A stretch of 64,000 nucleotides of DNA from the human T2T-CHM13v2.0 reference genome, Homo sapiens: assembly GCF_009914755.1 (NCBI RefSeq), contig NC_060948.1; one strand, written 5' to 3'. The notes beneath the pieces are model-generated. The model was not told the origin of the DNA. It made no database searches and was given only the letters and a program-made list of their open reading frames with translations. Shown here piece by piece: positions 27,301-42,100 of this stretch (position 1 is its first letter; every line of letters starts with the position of its first letter). The translations under genes and the position numbers were made by a program.

Positions 27301-30300
27301 AGAGTAGAATGTAATGGAATGGAGTGTAGTGCAATGGAATGGAATGGAATGGAATGCAATGGAATGGAATGGAATGGAATGGAATGGGATGGAATGGTAT
27401 GGAATGGATAGTAATGGACTGGAGTGAAATGGACTGGAAAGGAATGGACTCAAATTGAAAGGGCTCGAAAGGAATGCAGACAAATGGAATGGTCTGGAAT
27501 GGAATGAACACGAATGTAATGCAATCCAATTGAATGGAGTCGAATGGCAGGGAATATAAAGAAATGGAATCGAAGAGAATGGAAACAAATGGAATGGAAT
27601 TGAATGGAATGGAATTGAATGGAATGGGAACGAATGGAGTGAAATTGTATGCAGTAGAAGAGAATAGAATGGAATGCAAGCGAAAGGAAAGGAATGGATT
27701 GGAATGGAATGGAATTCATTGGAATGGAAGGGAATGTAGTGTAATGGACAGGCCTGGAATAAAGTGGAATGCTACGGTCTCGAATGGAATAAAAATGTAT
27801 GGAATGGAATGCAATGAAACGGAATCGAATGTCATAGAATGTAATGGAATGCAAAAAAATGGAATCCAAAATCATTGACTGGAAAGGCTGGGTGTCGAAA
27901 GGAATTGACTCCAATGGAATGGAATCGAATGGAATGGAAGTGAATAGAATCAAACTAAATCGAATGGAATGGAATTGATAGGAACGGAATGGAAAGGAAT
28001 GCAATGATTTGGCATGGAATGGAATCGAATGGCATCAAATGGAATGGAATGGAATGCAATGGAATGGAATGTATTAGAATATAATGAACTTTAATGGAAT
28101 GTACTCGAATGGATTCGACTGGAATGGAATGTTCTGGAAGTGAATGGACTCCAATGGAATGGATTCCAAAGGAATGGAATCGTACGGAATGGAATCTAAT
28201 GGAATGGAATTAAATGGAAATGAATCAAATTGAATAGCACGGAATTGAATTGAATGGAATGGAATGCAATGGAATCTAATGAAACGGAAAGGAAAGGAAT
28301 GCAATGGAATGGAATGGGCTGGAATGGAAAGGAATCGAAACGAATGGAATGGAATCGAACTGAAGAGACTGGAATGGAAAGCACTGGAATGGAAGGGAGT
28401 GTAATGGAAGGTTCTCGAAAAAAATGGAATCGAATGGAATGCAATTGAATGGAACGGAATAGAGTCGAATGCAATTGAATGGAATGGAATGGACTAGAGT
28501 GAAATGGAATCGAACCACAAGGAATGGACAGGAATAGAATGGTCTCGAATTGAATGGAATCGTATGGAATGGCATCAAACGAAATGGAATGGACAGCCAC
28601 GGAATGGAATGCACTCGAATGCAATGGAGTCGAAACTAATGGACTGGAATAGAATGGACTCGACTGGTAAGGACTCCAATGGAATGGAATCGAATGGAAG
28701 GGAAACGAACGGAATGGACTCGAAGGGAAAAGACTGCAATGGAAAGGTCTCGAATGGAATGGAAATTAATGGAATGGAATGGAATCCAATGAAATGGAGT
28801 CAAAAGGAATGGAATCGAATGGCAAGAAATCGAATGTAATGGAATCGCAAGGAATTGATGTGAACGGAACGGAATGGAATGGAATCCAAAGGAATGGAAT
28901 AGAATGGAATGGAATCGAATGGAAAGGACTCGAATGGAAATCACTCAAATAGAATGAAATTTAATAAAATGGGATCAAATGTAATGGAATGGAATGGAAA
29001 GGAATCGAAACGAAAGGAATGGAGACAGATGGAATGGAATGGAACAGAGAGCAATGGTATAGAATGGAATGGAATCATCTGGAATGGAATTGAATGGAAT
29101 GGAATAATATGAAATGGAATGGAATGGAATGGAATGCCCTTGAATTAAATGGGCTGGAATGGAATGGACTCCAACAGAGTGGAATGGAAAGTGTTGAGAT
29201 AGCATGGAATGGACTCCTTTGGAATGGTCTAGTATGCAATGCAATCGACTGGCAGGGAATCAAAAGGAATGTAATCGAATGGATTGGACTGGAATGCAAT
29301 GGACTCGAATAGATTGGAAACGGAATGCAAAGGAATGGAATGGAATAGTATGGAATGGAATGGAAAGGAATGGAGTGGAATAGACTAGAGTGGAATGGAA
29401 TGGACTCGAAAGCAATGGACTGGAATGGAACTTTCTTGAATGGACTGGAATCAAACGGAATGGAATGCAATGCAATCAAATGGCATGGAATAAGATAGAA
29501 TGAAAGAGAATCAAATGGAATTGAATGGAATGGAATCGAATGGATTGGAAAGGAATAGAATGGAATGGAATGGAATTGACTCAAATGGAATGGACTAGAA
29601 TGGAATGGATTCGAATGGAAGGCAAAGGAATGGAATCTATTGGAATGGACTGTAATGGAATGCAATGAAAGGGATTGGAATGGACTCGAATGGAATGGAC
29701 TGCAATAGAAAGGATTCGAATGGAATGAAAAAGAATTGAATGGAATAGAACAGAATGGAATCAAATCGAATGAAATGGAATGGAATAGAAAGGAATGGAA
29801 TGAAATGGAATGGAAAGGATTCGAATGGAATGCAATCAAATGGAATGGAATCGAACGGAATGGAATAAAATGGAAGAAAACTGGCAAGAAATGGAATCGA
29901 AATGAATGGAGTGTTATGGAATGGACTCAAAAGGAATTGAATGTAATAGAATGGAGTGGAGTGGACTCGAATATAATGGACTGGAATGGAATGAAATCAC
30001 ACGGAATGGGAACGAATGGAATGGAATGGAAAGGAATGGAATCGAATGGAAAGGAATCGAATGGAAGGGAATGAAATTGAATCAACAGGAATGGAAGGGA
30101 ATAGAATAGACGGTAATGGAATGGACTCGAATAGAATGGACACGAATGCTCAAATTGAATGGACTCGAATGGAATGGAAAGGAAAGGAATGTCATCGAAT
30201 GGAATTGAATCGATTGGAATGAAATCGCATAGAATGGAGTAGAATCAAATGGAATTGAATCGAAAAGAAAGGAAGCGAATGGACTGAAATGAAATGGAAT

Positions 30301-33300
30301 GGAATTGAATGGAAAGTAATGCAATGGAATAGAATGGAACGAAATTTCACGGAATGGAATCAAACTGAATGGAATCAAATCAATAGAATCAAATCAAATG
30401 GAATGGAAAGGAATTGAATGGAGTAGATTGGATTGGATGGGATTGGAATGAAATGTACTGGAAAGGACTCGAATTTCATGAAACGGAATGGAATGAATTG
30501 GAACGGAATGGACTCGAATGGAATGGAATGTCATGGAATGGAATCAAATGGAATGGCATCAAATGGAATGGAATCGAATGCAATGGAATGCTATGGAATG
30601 GAATGGAATGCATTGGAATGGAATGTCCTCTAATGGAATGGATTCGAGTGGAATGGAATCGAATATAATGGAATCGAATGAAATGGAATTGAAAAGAATG
30701 GGATCGAATACAATGGAATATACTGGAATGTAATGTAATGAACTCGAATGTAATTGACTGGAATGGAATGTACATGAATGGAATGTAATCGAATGGAAAG
30801 TAATCCAATGGAATAGAATCTAATGCAATAAAATCGACTCAGATAGAGTAGAATGTAATGGAATGGAGTGCAGTGCAATGGAATGGAATGGAATGCAATG
30901 GAATGGAATGGAATGGAATGGGATGGGATGGAATGGTATGGAATGGATAGTAATGGACTGGAAAGGAATGGACTCAAATTGAAAGGGCTCGAAAGGAATG
31001 GAGACAAATGGAATGGTCTGGAATGGAATGAACACGAATGTAATGCAATCCAATAGAATGGAGTCGAATGGCAGGGAATATAAAGAAATGGAATCGAAGA
31101 GAATGGAAACAAATGGAATGGAATTGAATGGAATGGAATTGAATGGAATGGGAACGAATGGAGTGAAATTGTATGCAGTAGAAGAGAATAGAATGGAATG
31201 CAAGCGAAAGGAAAGGAATGGATTGGAATGGAATGGAATTCATTGGAATGGAAGGGAATGTAGTGTAATGGACAGGCCTGGAATAAAGTGGAATGCTACG
31301 GTCTTGAATGGAATAAAAATGTATGGAATGGAATGCAATGAAACGGAATCGAATGTCATAGAATGTAATGCAATGCAAAAAAATGGAATCCAAAATCATT
31401 GACTGGAAAGTCTGGGTGTCGAAAGGAATTGACTCCAATGGAATGGAATCGAATGGAATGGAAGTGAATAGAATCAAACTAAATCGAATGGAATGGAATT
31501 GATAGGAACGGAATGGAAAGGAATGCAATGATTTGGCATGGAATGGAATCGAATGTCTTCAAATGGAATGGAATGGAATGCAATGGAATGGAATGTATTA
31601 GAATGTAATGAACTTTAATGGAATATACTCGAATGGATTCGACTGGAATGGAATGTTCTGGAAGTGAATGGACTCCAATGGAATGGATTCAAAAGGAATG
31701 GAATCGTACGGAATGGAATCTAATGGAATGGAATTAAATGGAAATGAATCAAATTGAATAGCACGGAATTGAATTGAATGGAATGGAATGCAATGGAATC
31801 TAATGAAACGGAAAGGAAAGGAATGCAATGGAATCGAATGGGCTGGAATGGAAAGGAATCGAAACGAATGAAATGGAATCGAACTGAAGAGACTGGAATG
31901 GAAAGCACTGGAATGGAAGGGAGTGTAATGTAAGGTTCTCGAAAAAAATGGAATCGAATGGAATGCAATTGAATGGAACGGAATAGAGTCGAATGCAATT
32001 GAATGGAATGGAATGGACTAGAGTGAAATGGAATCGAACCACAAGGAATGGACAGGAATAGAATGGTCTCGAATTGAATGGAATCGTATGGAATGGCATC
32101 AAACGGAATGGAATGGACAGCCACGGAATGGAATGCACTCGAATGCAATGGAGTCGAAACTAATGGACTGGAATAGAATAGACTCGACTGGTAAGGACTC
32201 CAATGGAATGGAATCGAATGGAAGGGAAACGAACGGAATGGACTCGAAGGGAAAAGACTGCAATGGAAAGGTCTCGAATGGAATGGAAATTAATGGAATG
32301 GAATGGAATCGAATGAAATGGAGGCAAAAGGAATGGAATCGAATGGCAAGAAATCGAATGTAATGGAATCGCAAGGAATTGATGTGAACGGAACGGAATG
32401 GAATGGAATCCAAAGGAATGGAATAGAATGGAATGGAATCGAAAGGAAAGGACTCGAATGGAAATCACTCGAATAGAATGAAATTTAATAAAATAGGATC
32501 AAATGTAATGGAATGGAATGGAAAGGAATCGAAACGAAAGGAATGGAGACAGATGGAATGGAATGGAACACAGAGCAATGGTATAGAATGGAATGGAATC
32601 ATCTGGAATGGAATTGAATGGAATGGAATAATATGAAATGGAATGGAATGAAATGGAATGCCCTTGAATTAAATGGACTGGAATGGAATGGACTCCAACA
32701 GAGTGGAATGGAAAGTGTTGAGATAGAATGGAATGGACTCCTTTGGAATGGTCTAGTATGCAATGCAATCGACTGGCAGGGAATCAAAAGGAATGTAATC
32801 GAATGGATTGGACTGGAATGCAATGGACTCGAATAGATTGGAAACGGAATGCAAAGGAATGGAATGGAATAGTATGGAATGGAATGGAAAGGAATGGAGT
32901 GGAATAGACTAGAGTGGAATGGAATGGACTCGAAAGCAATGGACTGGAATGGAACTTTCTTGAATGGACTGGAATCAAACGGAATGGAATGCAATGCAAT
33001 CAAATGACATGGAATAAGATAGAATGAAAGAGAATCAAATGGAATTGAATCGAATGGAATCGAATGGATTGGAAAGGAATAGAATGGAATGGAATGGAAT
33101 TGACTCAAATGGAATGGACTAGAATGGAATGGATTCGAATGGAAGGCAAAGGAATGGAATCTATTGGAATGGACTGTAATGGAATGCAATGGAAGGGATT
33201 GGAATGGACTCGAATGGAATGGACTGCAATAGAAAGGATTCGAATGGAATGAAAAAGAATTGAATGGAATAGAACAGAATGGAATCGAATCGAATGAAAT

Positions 33301-35050
33301 GGAATGGAATAGAAAGGAATGGAATGAAATGGAATGGAAAGGATTCGAATGGAATGCAATCGAATGGAATGGAATCGAACGGAATGGAATAAAATGGAAG
33401 AAAACTGGCAAGAAATGGAATCGAAATGAATGGAGTGTTATGGAACGGACTCAAAAGGAATTGAATGTAATAGAATGGAGTGGAGTGGACTCGAATATAA
33501 TGGACTGGAATGGAATGAAATCACATGGAATGGGAACGAATGGAATGGAATGGAAAGGAATGGAATCGAATGGAAAGGAATCGAATGGAAGGGAATGAAA
33601 TTGAATCAACAGGAATGGAAGGGAATAGAATAGACGGTAATGGAATGGACTCGAATAGAATGGACACGAATGCTCAAATTGAATGGACTCGAATGGAATG
33701 GAAACGAAAGGAATGTCATCGAATGGAATTGAATCGATTGGAATGAAATCACATAGAATGGAGTGGAATCAAATGGAATTGAATCGAAAGGAAAGGAAGC
33801 GAATGGACTGAAATGAAATGGAATGGAATTGAATGGAAAGTAATGCAATGGAATAGAATGGAACGAAATTTCACGGAACGGAATCAAACTGAATGGAATC
33901 AAATCAATGGATTCTAATCAAATGGAATGGAAAGGAATTGAAGGGAGTAGATTGGATTGGATGGGATTGGAATGAAATGTACTGGAAAGGACTCGAATTT
34001 CATGAAACGGAATGGAATGAATTGGAACGGAAGGGACTCGAATGGAATGGAATGTCATGGAATGGCATCAAATGGAATGGCATCAAATGGAATGGAATCG
34101 AATGCAATGGAATGTTATGGAATGGAATGGAATGCATTGGAATGGAATGTCCTCTAATGGAATGGATTCGAGTGGAATGGAATCGAATATAATGGAGTCG
34201 AATGAAATGGAATTGAAAAGAATGGGATCGAATACAATGGAATATACTGGAATGAAATGTAATGAACTCGAATGTAATTGACTGGAATGGAATGTACATG
34301 AATGGAATGTAATCGAATGGAAAGTAATCCAATGGAATAGAATCTAATGCAATAAAATCGACTCAGATACAGTAGAATGTAATGGAATGGAGTGCAGTGC
34401 AATGGAATGGAATGGAATGGAATGCAATGGAATGGAATGGAATGGAATGGAATGGGATGGAATGGTATGGAATGGATAGTAATGGACTGGAGTGAAATGG
34501 ACTGGAAAGGGATGGACTCAAATTGAAAGGGCTCGAAAGGAATGGAGACAAATGGAATGGTCTGGAATGGAATGAACACGAATGTAATGCAATCCAATAG
34601 AATGGAGTCGAATGGCAGGGAATATAAAGAAATGGAATCGAAGAGAATGGAAACAAATGGAATGGAATTGAATGGAATGGAATTGAATGGAATGGGAACG
34701 AATGGAGTGAAATTGTATGCAGTAGAAGAGAATAGAATGGAATGCAAGCGAAAGGAAAGGAATGGATTGGAATGGAATGGAATTCATTGGAATGGAAGGG
34801 AATGTAGTGTAATGGACAGGCCAGGAATAAAGTGGAATGCTACGGTCTCGAATGGAATAAAAATGTATGGAATGGAATGCAATGAAACGGAATCGAATGT
34901 CATAGAATGTAATGGAATGCAAAAAAATGGACTCCAAAATCATTGACTGGAAAGGCTGGGTGTCGAAAGGAATTGACTCCAATGGAATGGAATCGAATGG
35001 AATGGAAGTGAATAGAATCAAACTAAATCGAATGGAATGGAATTGATAGG
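24400..35050 (+). repeat. Second local DYZ1 subfamily run (~3 units)
   Basis: GAAAGCACTGG, GCAATTGAAT (twice), GGTAAGGAC and GGGAAACGAAC shared at ~24.8-25.2, 28.4-28.7 and 31.9-32.2 kb; GGCAGGGAATATAAAG at ~27546, 31070, 34614. Boundaries are approximate. Confidence 0.75.
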
Positions 35051-36149
35051 AACGGAATGGAAAGGAATGCAATGATTTGGCATGGAATGGAACCGAATGG
35101 CATCGAATGGAATGGAATGGAATGCAATGGAATGGAATGTATTAGAATGTAATGAACTTTAATGGAATGTACTCGAATGGATTCGACTGGAATGGAATGT
35201 TCTGGAAGTGAATGGACTCCAATGGAATGGATTCAAAAGGAATGGAATTGTACGGAATGGAATCTAATGGAATGGAATTAAATGGAAATGAATCAAATTG
35301 AATAGCACGGAATTGAATTGAATGGAATGGAATGCAATGGAATCTAATGAAACGGAAAGGAAAGGAATGGAATGGAATGGAATGGGCTGGAATGGAAAGG
35401 AATCGAAACGAATGGAATGGAATCGAACTGAAGAGACTGGAATGGAATGCACTGGAATGGAAGGGAGTGTAATGGAAGGTTCTCGAAAAAAAAGGAATCG
35501 AATGGAATGGAATTGAATGGAACGGAATAGAGTCGAATGGAATTGAATGGAATGGAATGGACTAGAGTGAAATGGAATCGAACCACAAGGAATGGGCAGG
35601 AATAGAATGGTCTCGAATTGAATGGAATCGTATGGAATGGCATCAAACGGAATGGAATGGACAGCCCCGGAATGGAATGCACTCGAATGCAATGGAGTCG
35701 AAACTAATGGACTGGAATAGAATGGACTCGACTGGTACGGACTCCAATGGAATGGAATCGAATGGAAGGGAATCGAACGGAATGGACTCGAAGGGAAAAG
35801 ACTGCAATGGAAAGGTCTCGAATGGAATGGAAATTAATGGAATGGAATGGAATCGAATGAAATGGAGTCAAAAGGAATGGAATCGAAGGGCAAGAAATCG
35901 AATGTAATGGAATCGCAAGGAATTGATGTGAACGGAACGGAATGGAATGGAATCCAAAGGAATGGAATAGAATGGAATGGAATCGAATGGAAAGGACTCG
36001 AATGGAAATCACTCGAATAGAATGCAATTTAATAAAATAGGATCAAATGTAATGGAATGGAATGGAAAGGAATCGAAACGAAAGGAATGGAGACAGATGG
36101 AATGGAATGGAACAGAGAGCAATGGTATAGAATGGAATGGAATCATCTG

Positions 36150-39100
36150 GAATGGAATTGAATGGAATGGAATAATATGAAATGGAATGGAATGGAATGG
36201 AATGGAATGGAATGGAATGCCCTTGAATTAAATGGACTGGAATGGAATGGACTCGAACAGAGTGGAATGGAAAGTGTTGAGATAGAGTGCAATGGACTCC
36301 TTCGGAATGGTCTAGTATGCAATGCAATCGACTGGCAGGGAATCAAAAGGAATGTAATCGAATGGATTGGACTGGAATGCAGTGGACTCGAATAGATTGG
36401 AAACGGAATGCAAAGGAATGGAATGGAATAGTATGGAATGGAATGGAAAGGAATGGAGTGGAATAGACTAGAGTGGAATGGAATGGACTGGAAAGCAATG
36501 GACTGGAATGGAACTTTCTTGAATGGACTGGAATCAAACGGAATGGAATGCAATGCAATCAAATGGCATGGAATAAAATAGAATGAAAGAGAATCAAATG
36601 GAATTGAATCGAATGGAATCGAATGGATTGGAAAGGAATAGAATGGAATGGAATGGAATTGACTCAAATGGAATGGACTAGAATGGAATGGATTCGAATG
36701 GAAGGCAAAGGAATGGAATCTATTGGAATGGACTGTAATGGAATGGAATGGAAGGGATTGGAATGGACTCGAATGGAATGGACTGCAATAGAAAGGATTC
36801 GAATGGAATGAAAAAGAATTGAATGGAATAGAACAGAATGGAATCAAATCGAATGAAATGGAATGGAATAGAAAGGAATGGAATGAAATGGAATGGAAAG
36901 GATTCGAATGGAATGCAATCGAATGGAATGGAATCGAACGGAATGGAATAAAATGGAAGAAAACTGGCAAGAAATGGAATAGAAATGAATGGAGTGTTAT
37001 GGAACGGACTCAAAAGGAATTGAATGTAATAGAATGGAGTGGAGTGGACTCGAATATAATGGACTGGAATGGAATGAAATCACATGGAATGGGAACGAAT
37101 GGAATGGAATGGAAAGGAATGGAATCGAATGGAAAGGAATCGAATGGAAGGGAATGAAATTGAATCAACAGGAATGGAAGGGAATAGAATAGACGGTAAT
37201 GGAATGGACTCGAATAGAATGGACACGAATGCTCAAATTGAATGGACTCCAATGGAATGGAAACGAAAGGAATGTCATCGAATAGAATTGAATCGACTGG
37301 AATGAAATCGCAAGAATGGAGTGGAATCAAATGGAATTGAATCGAAAGGAAAGGAAGCGAATGGACTGAAATGAAATGGAATGGAATTGAATGGAAAGTA
37401 ATGCAATGGAATAGAATGGAACGAAATTTCACGGAATGGAATCAAACTGAAAGGAATCAAATCAATGGAATCTAATCAAATGGAATGGAAGGGAATTGAA
37501 TGGAGTAGATTGGATTGGATGGGATTGGAGTGAAATGTACTGGAAAGGACTCGAATTTCATGAAACGGAATGGAATGAATTGGAACGGAATGGACTCGAA
37601 TGGAATGGAATGTCATGGAATGGCATCAAATGGAATGGCATCAAATGGAATGGAATCGAATGCAATGGAATGCTATGGAATGGAATGGAATGCATTGGAA
37701 TGGAATGTCCTCTAATGGAATGGATTCGAGTGGAATGGAATCGAATATAATGGAGTCGAATGAAATGGAATTGAAAGGAGTGGGATCGAATACAATGGAA
37801 TATGCTGGAATGTAATGTAATGAACTCGAATGTAATTGACTGGAATGGAATGTACATGAATGGAATGTAATCGAATGGAAAGTAATCCAATGGAATAGAA
37901 TCTAATGCAATAAAATCGACTCAGATAGAGTAGAATGTAATGGAATGGAGTGCAGTACAATGGAATGGAATGGAATGCAATGGAATGGAATGGAATGGAA
38001 TGGAATGGAATGGGATGGAATGGGATGGAATGGTATGGAGTGGATAGTAATGGACTGGAGTGAAATGGACTGGAAAGGAATGGACTCAAATTGAAAGGGC
38101 TCGAAAGGAATGGAGTCAAATGGAATGGTCTGGAATGGAATGAACACGAATGTAATGCAATCCAATAGAATGGAATCGAATGGCATGGAATATAAAGAAA
38201 TGGAATCGAAGAGAATGGAAACAAATGGAATGGAATTGAATGGAATGGAATTGAATGGAATGGGAACGAATGGAGTGAAATTGTATGCAGTAGAAGGGAA
38301 TAGAATGGAATGCAAGCGAAAGGAAAGGAATGGATTGGAATGGAATGGAATTCATTGGAATGGAAGGGAATGTAGTGTAATGGACAGGCCTGGAATAAAG
38401 TGGAATGCTACGGTCTCGAATGGAATAAAAATGTATGGAATGGAATGCAATGAAACGGAATCGAATGTCATAGAATGTAATGGAATGCAAAAAAATGGAA
38501 TCCAAAATCATTGACTGGAAAGGCTGGGTGTCGAAAGGAATTGACTCCAATGATATGGAATCGAATGGAATGGAAGTGAATAGAATCGAACTAAATCGAA
38601 TGGAATGGAATTGATAGGAACGGAATGGAAAGGAATGCAATGAATTGGCATGGAATGGAATCGAATGGCATCGAATGGAATGGAATGGAATGCAATGGAA
38701 TGGAATGTATTAGAATGTAATGAACTTTAATGGAATGTACTCGAATGGATTCGACTGGAATGGAATGTTCTGGAAGTGAATGGACTCCAATGGAATGGAT
38801 TCAAAAGGAATGGAATCGTACGGAATGGAATCTAATGGAATGGAATTAAATGGAAATGAATCAAATTGAATAGCACGGAATTGAATTGAATGGAATGGAA
38901 TGCAATGGAATCTAATGAAACGGAAAGGAAAGGAATGGAATGGAATGGAATGGGCTGGAATGGAAAGGAATCGAAACGAATGGAATGGAATCGAACTGAA
39001 GAGACTGGAATGGAATGCACTGGAATGGAAGGGAGTGTAATAGAAGGTTCTCGAAAAAAATGGAATCGAATGGAATGGAATTGAATGGAACGGAATAGAG

Positions 39101-42100
39101 TCGAATGGAATTGAATGGAATGGAATGGACTAGAGTGAAATGGAATCGAACCACAAGGAATGGACAGGAATAGAATGGTCTCGAATTGAATGGAATCGTA
39201 TGGAATGGCATCAAACGGAATGGAATGGACAGCCACGGAATGGAATGCACTCGAATGCAATGGAGTCGAAACTAATGGACTGGAATAGAATGGACTCGAC
39301 TGGTACGGACTCCAATGGAATGGAATCGAATGGAAGGGAATCGAACGGAATGGACTCGAAGGGAAAAGACTGCAATGGAAAGGTCTCGAATGGAATGGAA
39401 ATTAATGGAATGGAATGGAATCGAATGAAATGGAGGCAAAAGGAATGGAATCGAATGGCAAGAAATCGAATGTAATGGAATCGCAAGGAATTGATGTGAA
39501 CGGAACGGAATGGAATCGAATCCAAAGGAATGGAATAGAATGGAATGGAATCGAATGGAAAGGACTCGAATGGAAATCACTCGAATAGAATGCAATTTAA
39601 TAAAATAGGATCAAATGTAATGGAATGGAATGGAAAGGAATCGAAACGAAAGGAATGGAGACAGATGGAATGGAATGGAACAGAGAGCAATGGTATAGAA
39701 TGGAATGGAATCATCTGGAATGGAATTGAATGGAATGGAATAATATGAAATGGAATGGAATGGAATGGAATGGAATGCCCTTGAATTAAATGGACTGGAA
39801 TGGAATGGACTCGAACAGAGTGGAATGGAATGTGTTGAGATAGAATGGAATGGACTCCTTTGGAATGGTGTAGTATGCAATGCAATCGACTGGCAGGGAA
39901 TCAAAAGGAATGTAATGGAATGGATTGGACTGGAATGCAATGGACTCGAATAGATTGGAAACGGAATGCAAAGGAATGGAATGGAATAGTATGGAATGGA
40001 ATGGAAAGGAATGGAGTGGAATAGACTAGAGTGGAATGGAATGGACTGGAAAGCAATGGACTGGAATGGAACTTTCTTGAATGGACTGGAATCAAACGGA
40101 ATGGAATGCAATGCAATCAAATGGCATGGAATAAAATAGAATGAAAGAGAATCAAATGGAATTGAATCGAATGGAATCGAATGGATTGGAAAGGAATAGA
40201 ATGGAATGGAATGGAATTGACTCGAATGGAATGGACTAGAATGGAATGGATTCGAATGGAAGGCAAAGGAATGGAATCTATTGGAATGGACTGTAATGGA
40301 ATGGAATGGAAAGGATTGGAATGGACTCGAATGGAATGGACTGCAATAGAAAGGATTCGAATGGAATGAAAAAGAATTGAATGGAATAGAACAGAATGGA
40401 ATCAAATCGAATGAAATGGAATGGAATAGAAAGGAATGGAATGAAATGGAATGGAAAGGATTCGAATGGAATGCAATCGAATGGAATGGAATCGAACGGA
40501 ATGGAATAAAATGGAAGAAAACTGGCAAGAAATGGAATCGAAATGAATGGAGTGTTACGGAACGGACTCAAAAGGAATTGAATGTAATAGAATGGAGTGG
40601 AGTGGACTCGAATATAATGGAATGGAATGGAATGAAATCACAAGGAATGGGAACGAATGGAATGGAATGGAAAGGAATGGAATCGAATGGAAAGGAATCG
40701 AATGGAAGGGAATGAAATTGAATCAACAGGAATGGAAGGGAATAGAATAGACGGTAATGGAATGGACTCGAATAGAATGGACACGAATGCTCAAATTGAA
40801 TGGACTCGAATGGAATGGAAACGAAAGGAATGTCATCGAATGGAATTGAATGGATTGGAATGAAATCGCATAGAATGGAGTGGAATCAAATGGAATTGAA
40901 TCGAAAGGAAAGGAAGCGAATGGACTGAAATGAAATGGAATGGAATTGAATGGAAAGTAATGCAATGGAATAGAATGGAACGAAATTTCACGGAATGGAA
41001 TCAAACTGAATGGAATCAAATCAATGGAATCAAATCAAATGGAATGGAAAGGAATTGAATGGAGTAGATTGGATTGGATGGGATTGGAATGAAATGTACT
41101 GGAAAGGACTCGAATTTCATGAAACGGAATGGAATGAATTGGAACGGAATGGACTCGAATGGAATGGAATGTCATGGAATGGCATCAAATGGAATGGCAT
41201 CAAATGGAATGGAATCGAATGCAATGGAATGCTATGGAATGGAATGGAATGCATTGGAATGGAATGTCCTCTAATGGAATGGATTCGAGTGGAATGGAAT
41301 CGAATATAATGGAGTCGAATGAAATGGAATTGAAAGGAGTGGGATCGAATACAATGGAATATACTGGAATGTAATGTAATGAACTCGAATGTAATTGACT
41401 GGAATGGAATGTACATGAATGGAATGTAATCGAATGGAAAGTAATCCAATGGAATAGAATCTAATGCAATAAAACCGACTCAGATAGAGTAGAATGTAAT
41501 GGAATGGAGTGCAGTGCAATGGAATGGAATGGAATGGAAGGCAATGGAATGGAATGGAATGGAATGGAATGGAATGGAATGGAATGGAATGGAATGGGAT
41601 GGAATGGGATGGAATGGATAGTAATGGACTGGAGTGAAATGGACTGGAAAGGAATGGACTCAAATTGAAAGGGCTCGAAAGGAATGGAGTCAAATGGAAT
41701 GGTCTGGAATGGAATGAACACGAATGTAATGCAATCCAATAGAATGGAATCGAATGGCATGGAATATAAAGAAATGGAATCGAAGAGAATGGAAACAAAT
41801 GGAATGGAATTGAATGGAATGGAATTGAATGGAATGGGAACGAATGGAGTGAAATTGTATGCAGTAGAAGGGAATAGAATGGAATGCAAGCGAAAGGAAA
41901 GGAATGGATTGGAATGGAATGGAATTCATTGGAATGGAAGGGAATGTAGTGTAATGGACAGGCCTGGAATAAAGTGGAATGCTACGGTCTCGAATGGAAT
42001 AAAAATGTATGGAATGGAATGCAATGAAACGGAATCGAATGTCATAGAATGTAATGGAATGCAAAAAAATGGAATCCAAAATCATTGACTGGAAAGGCTG

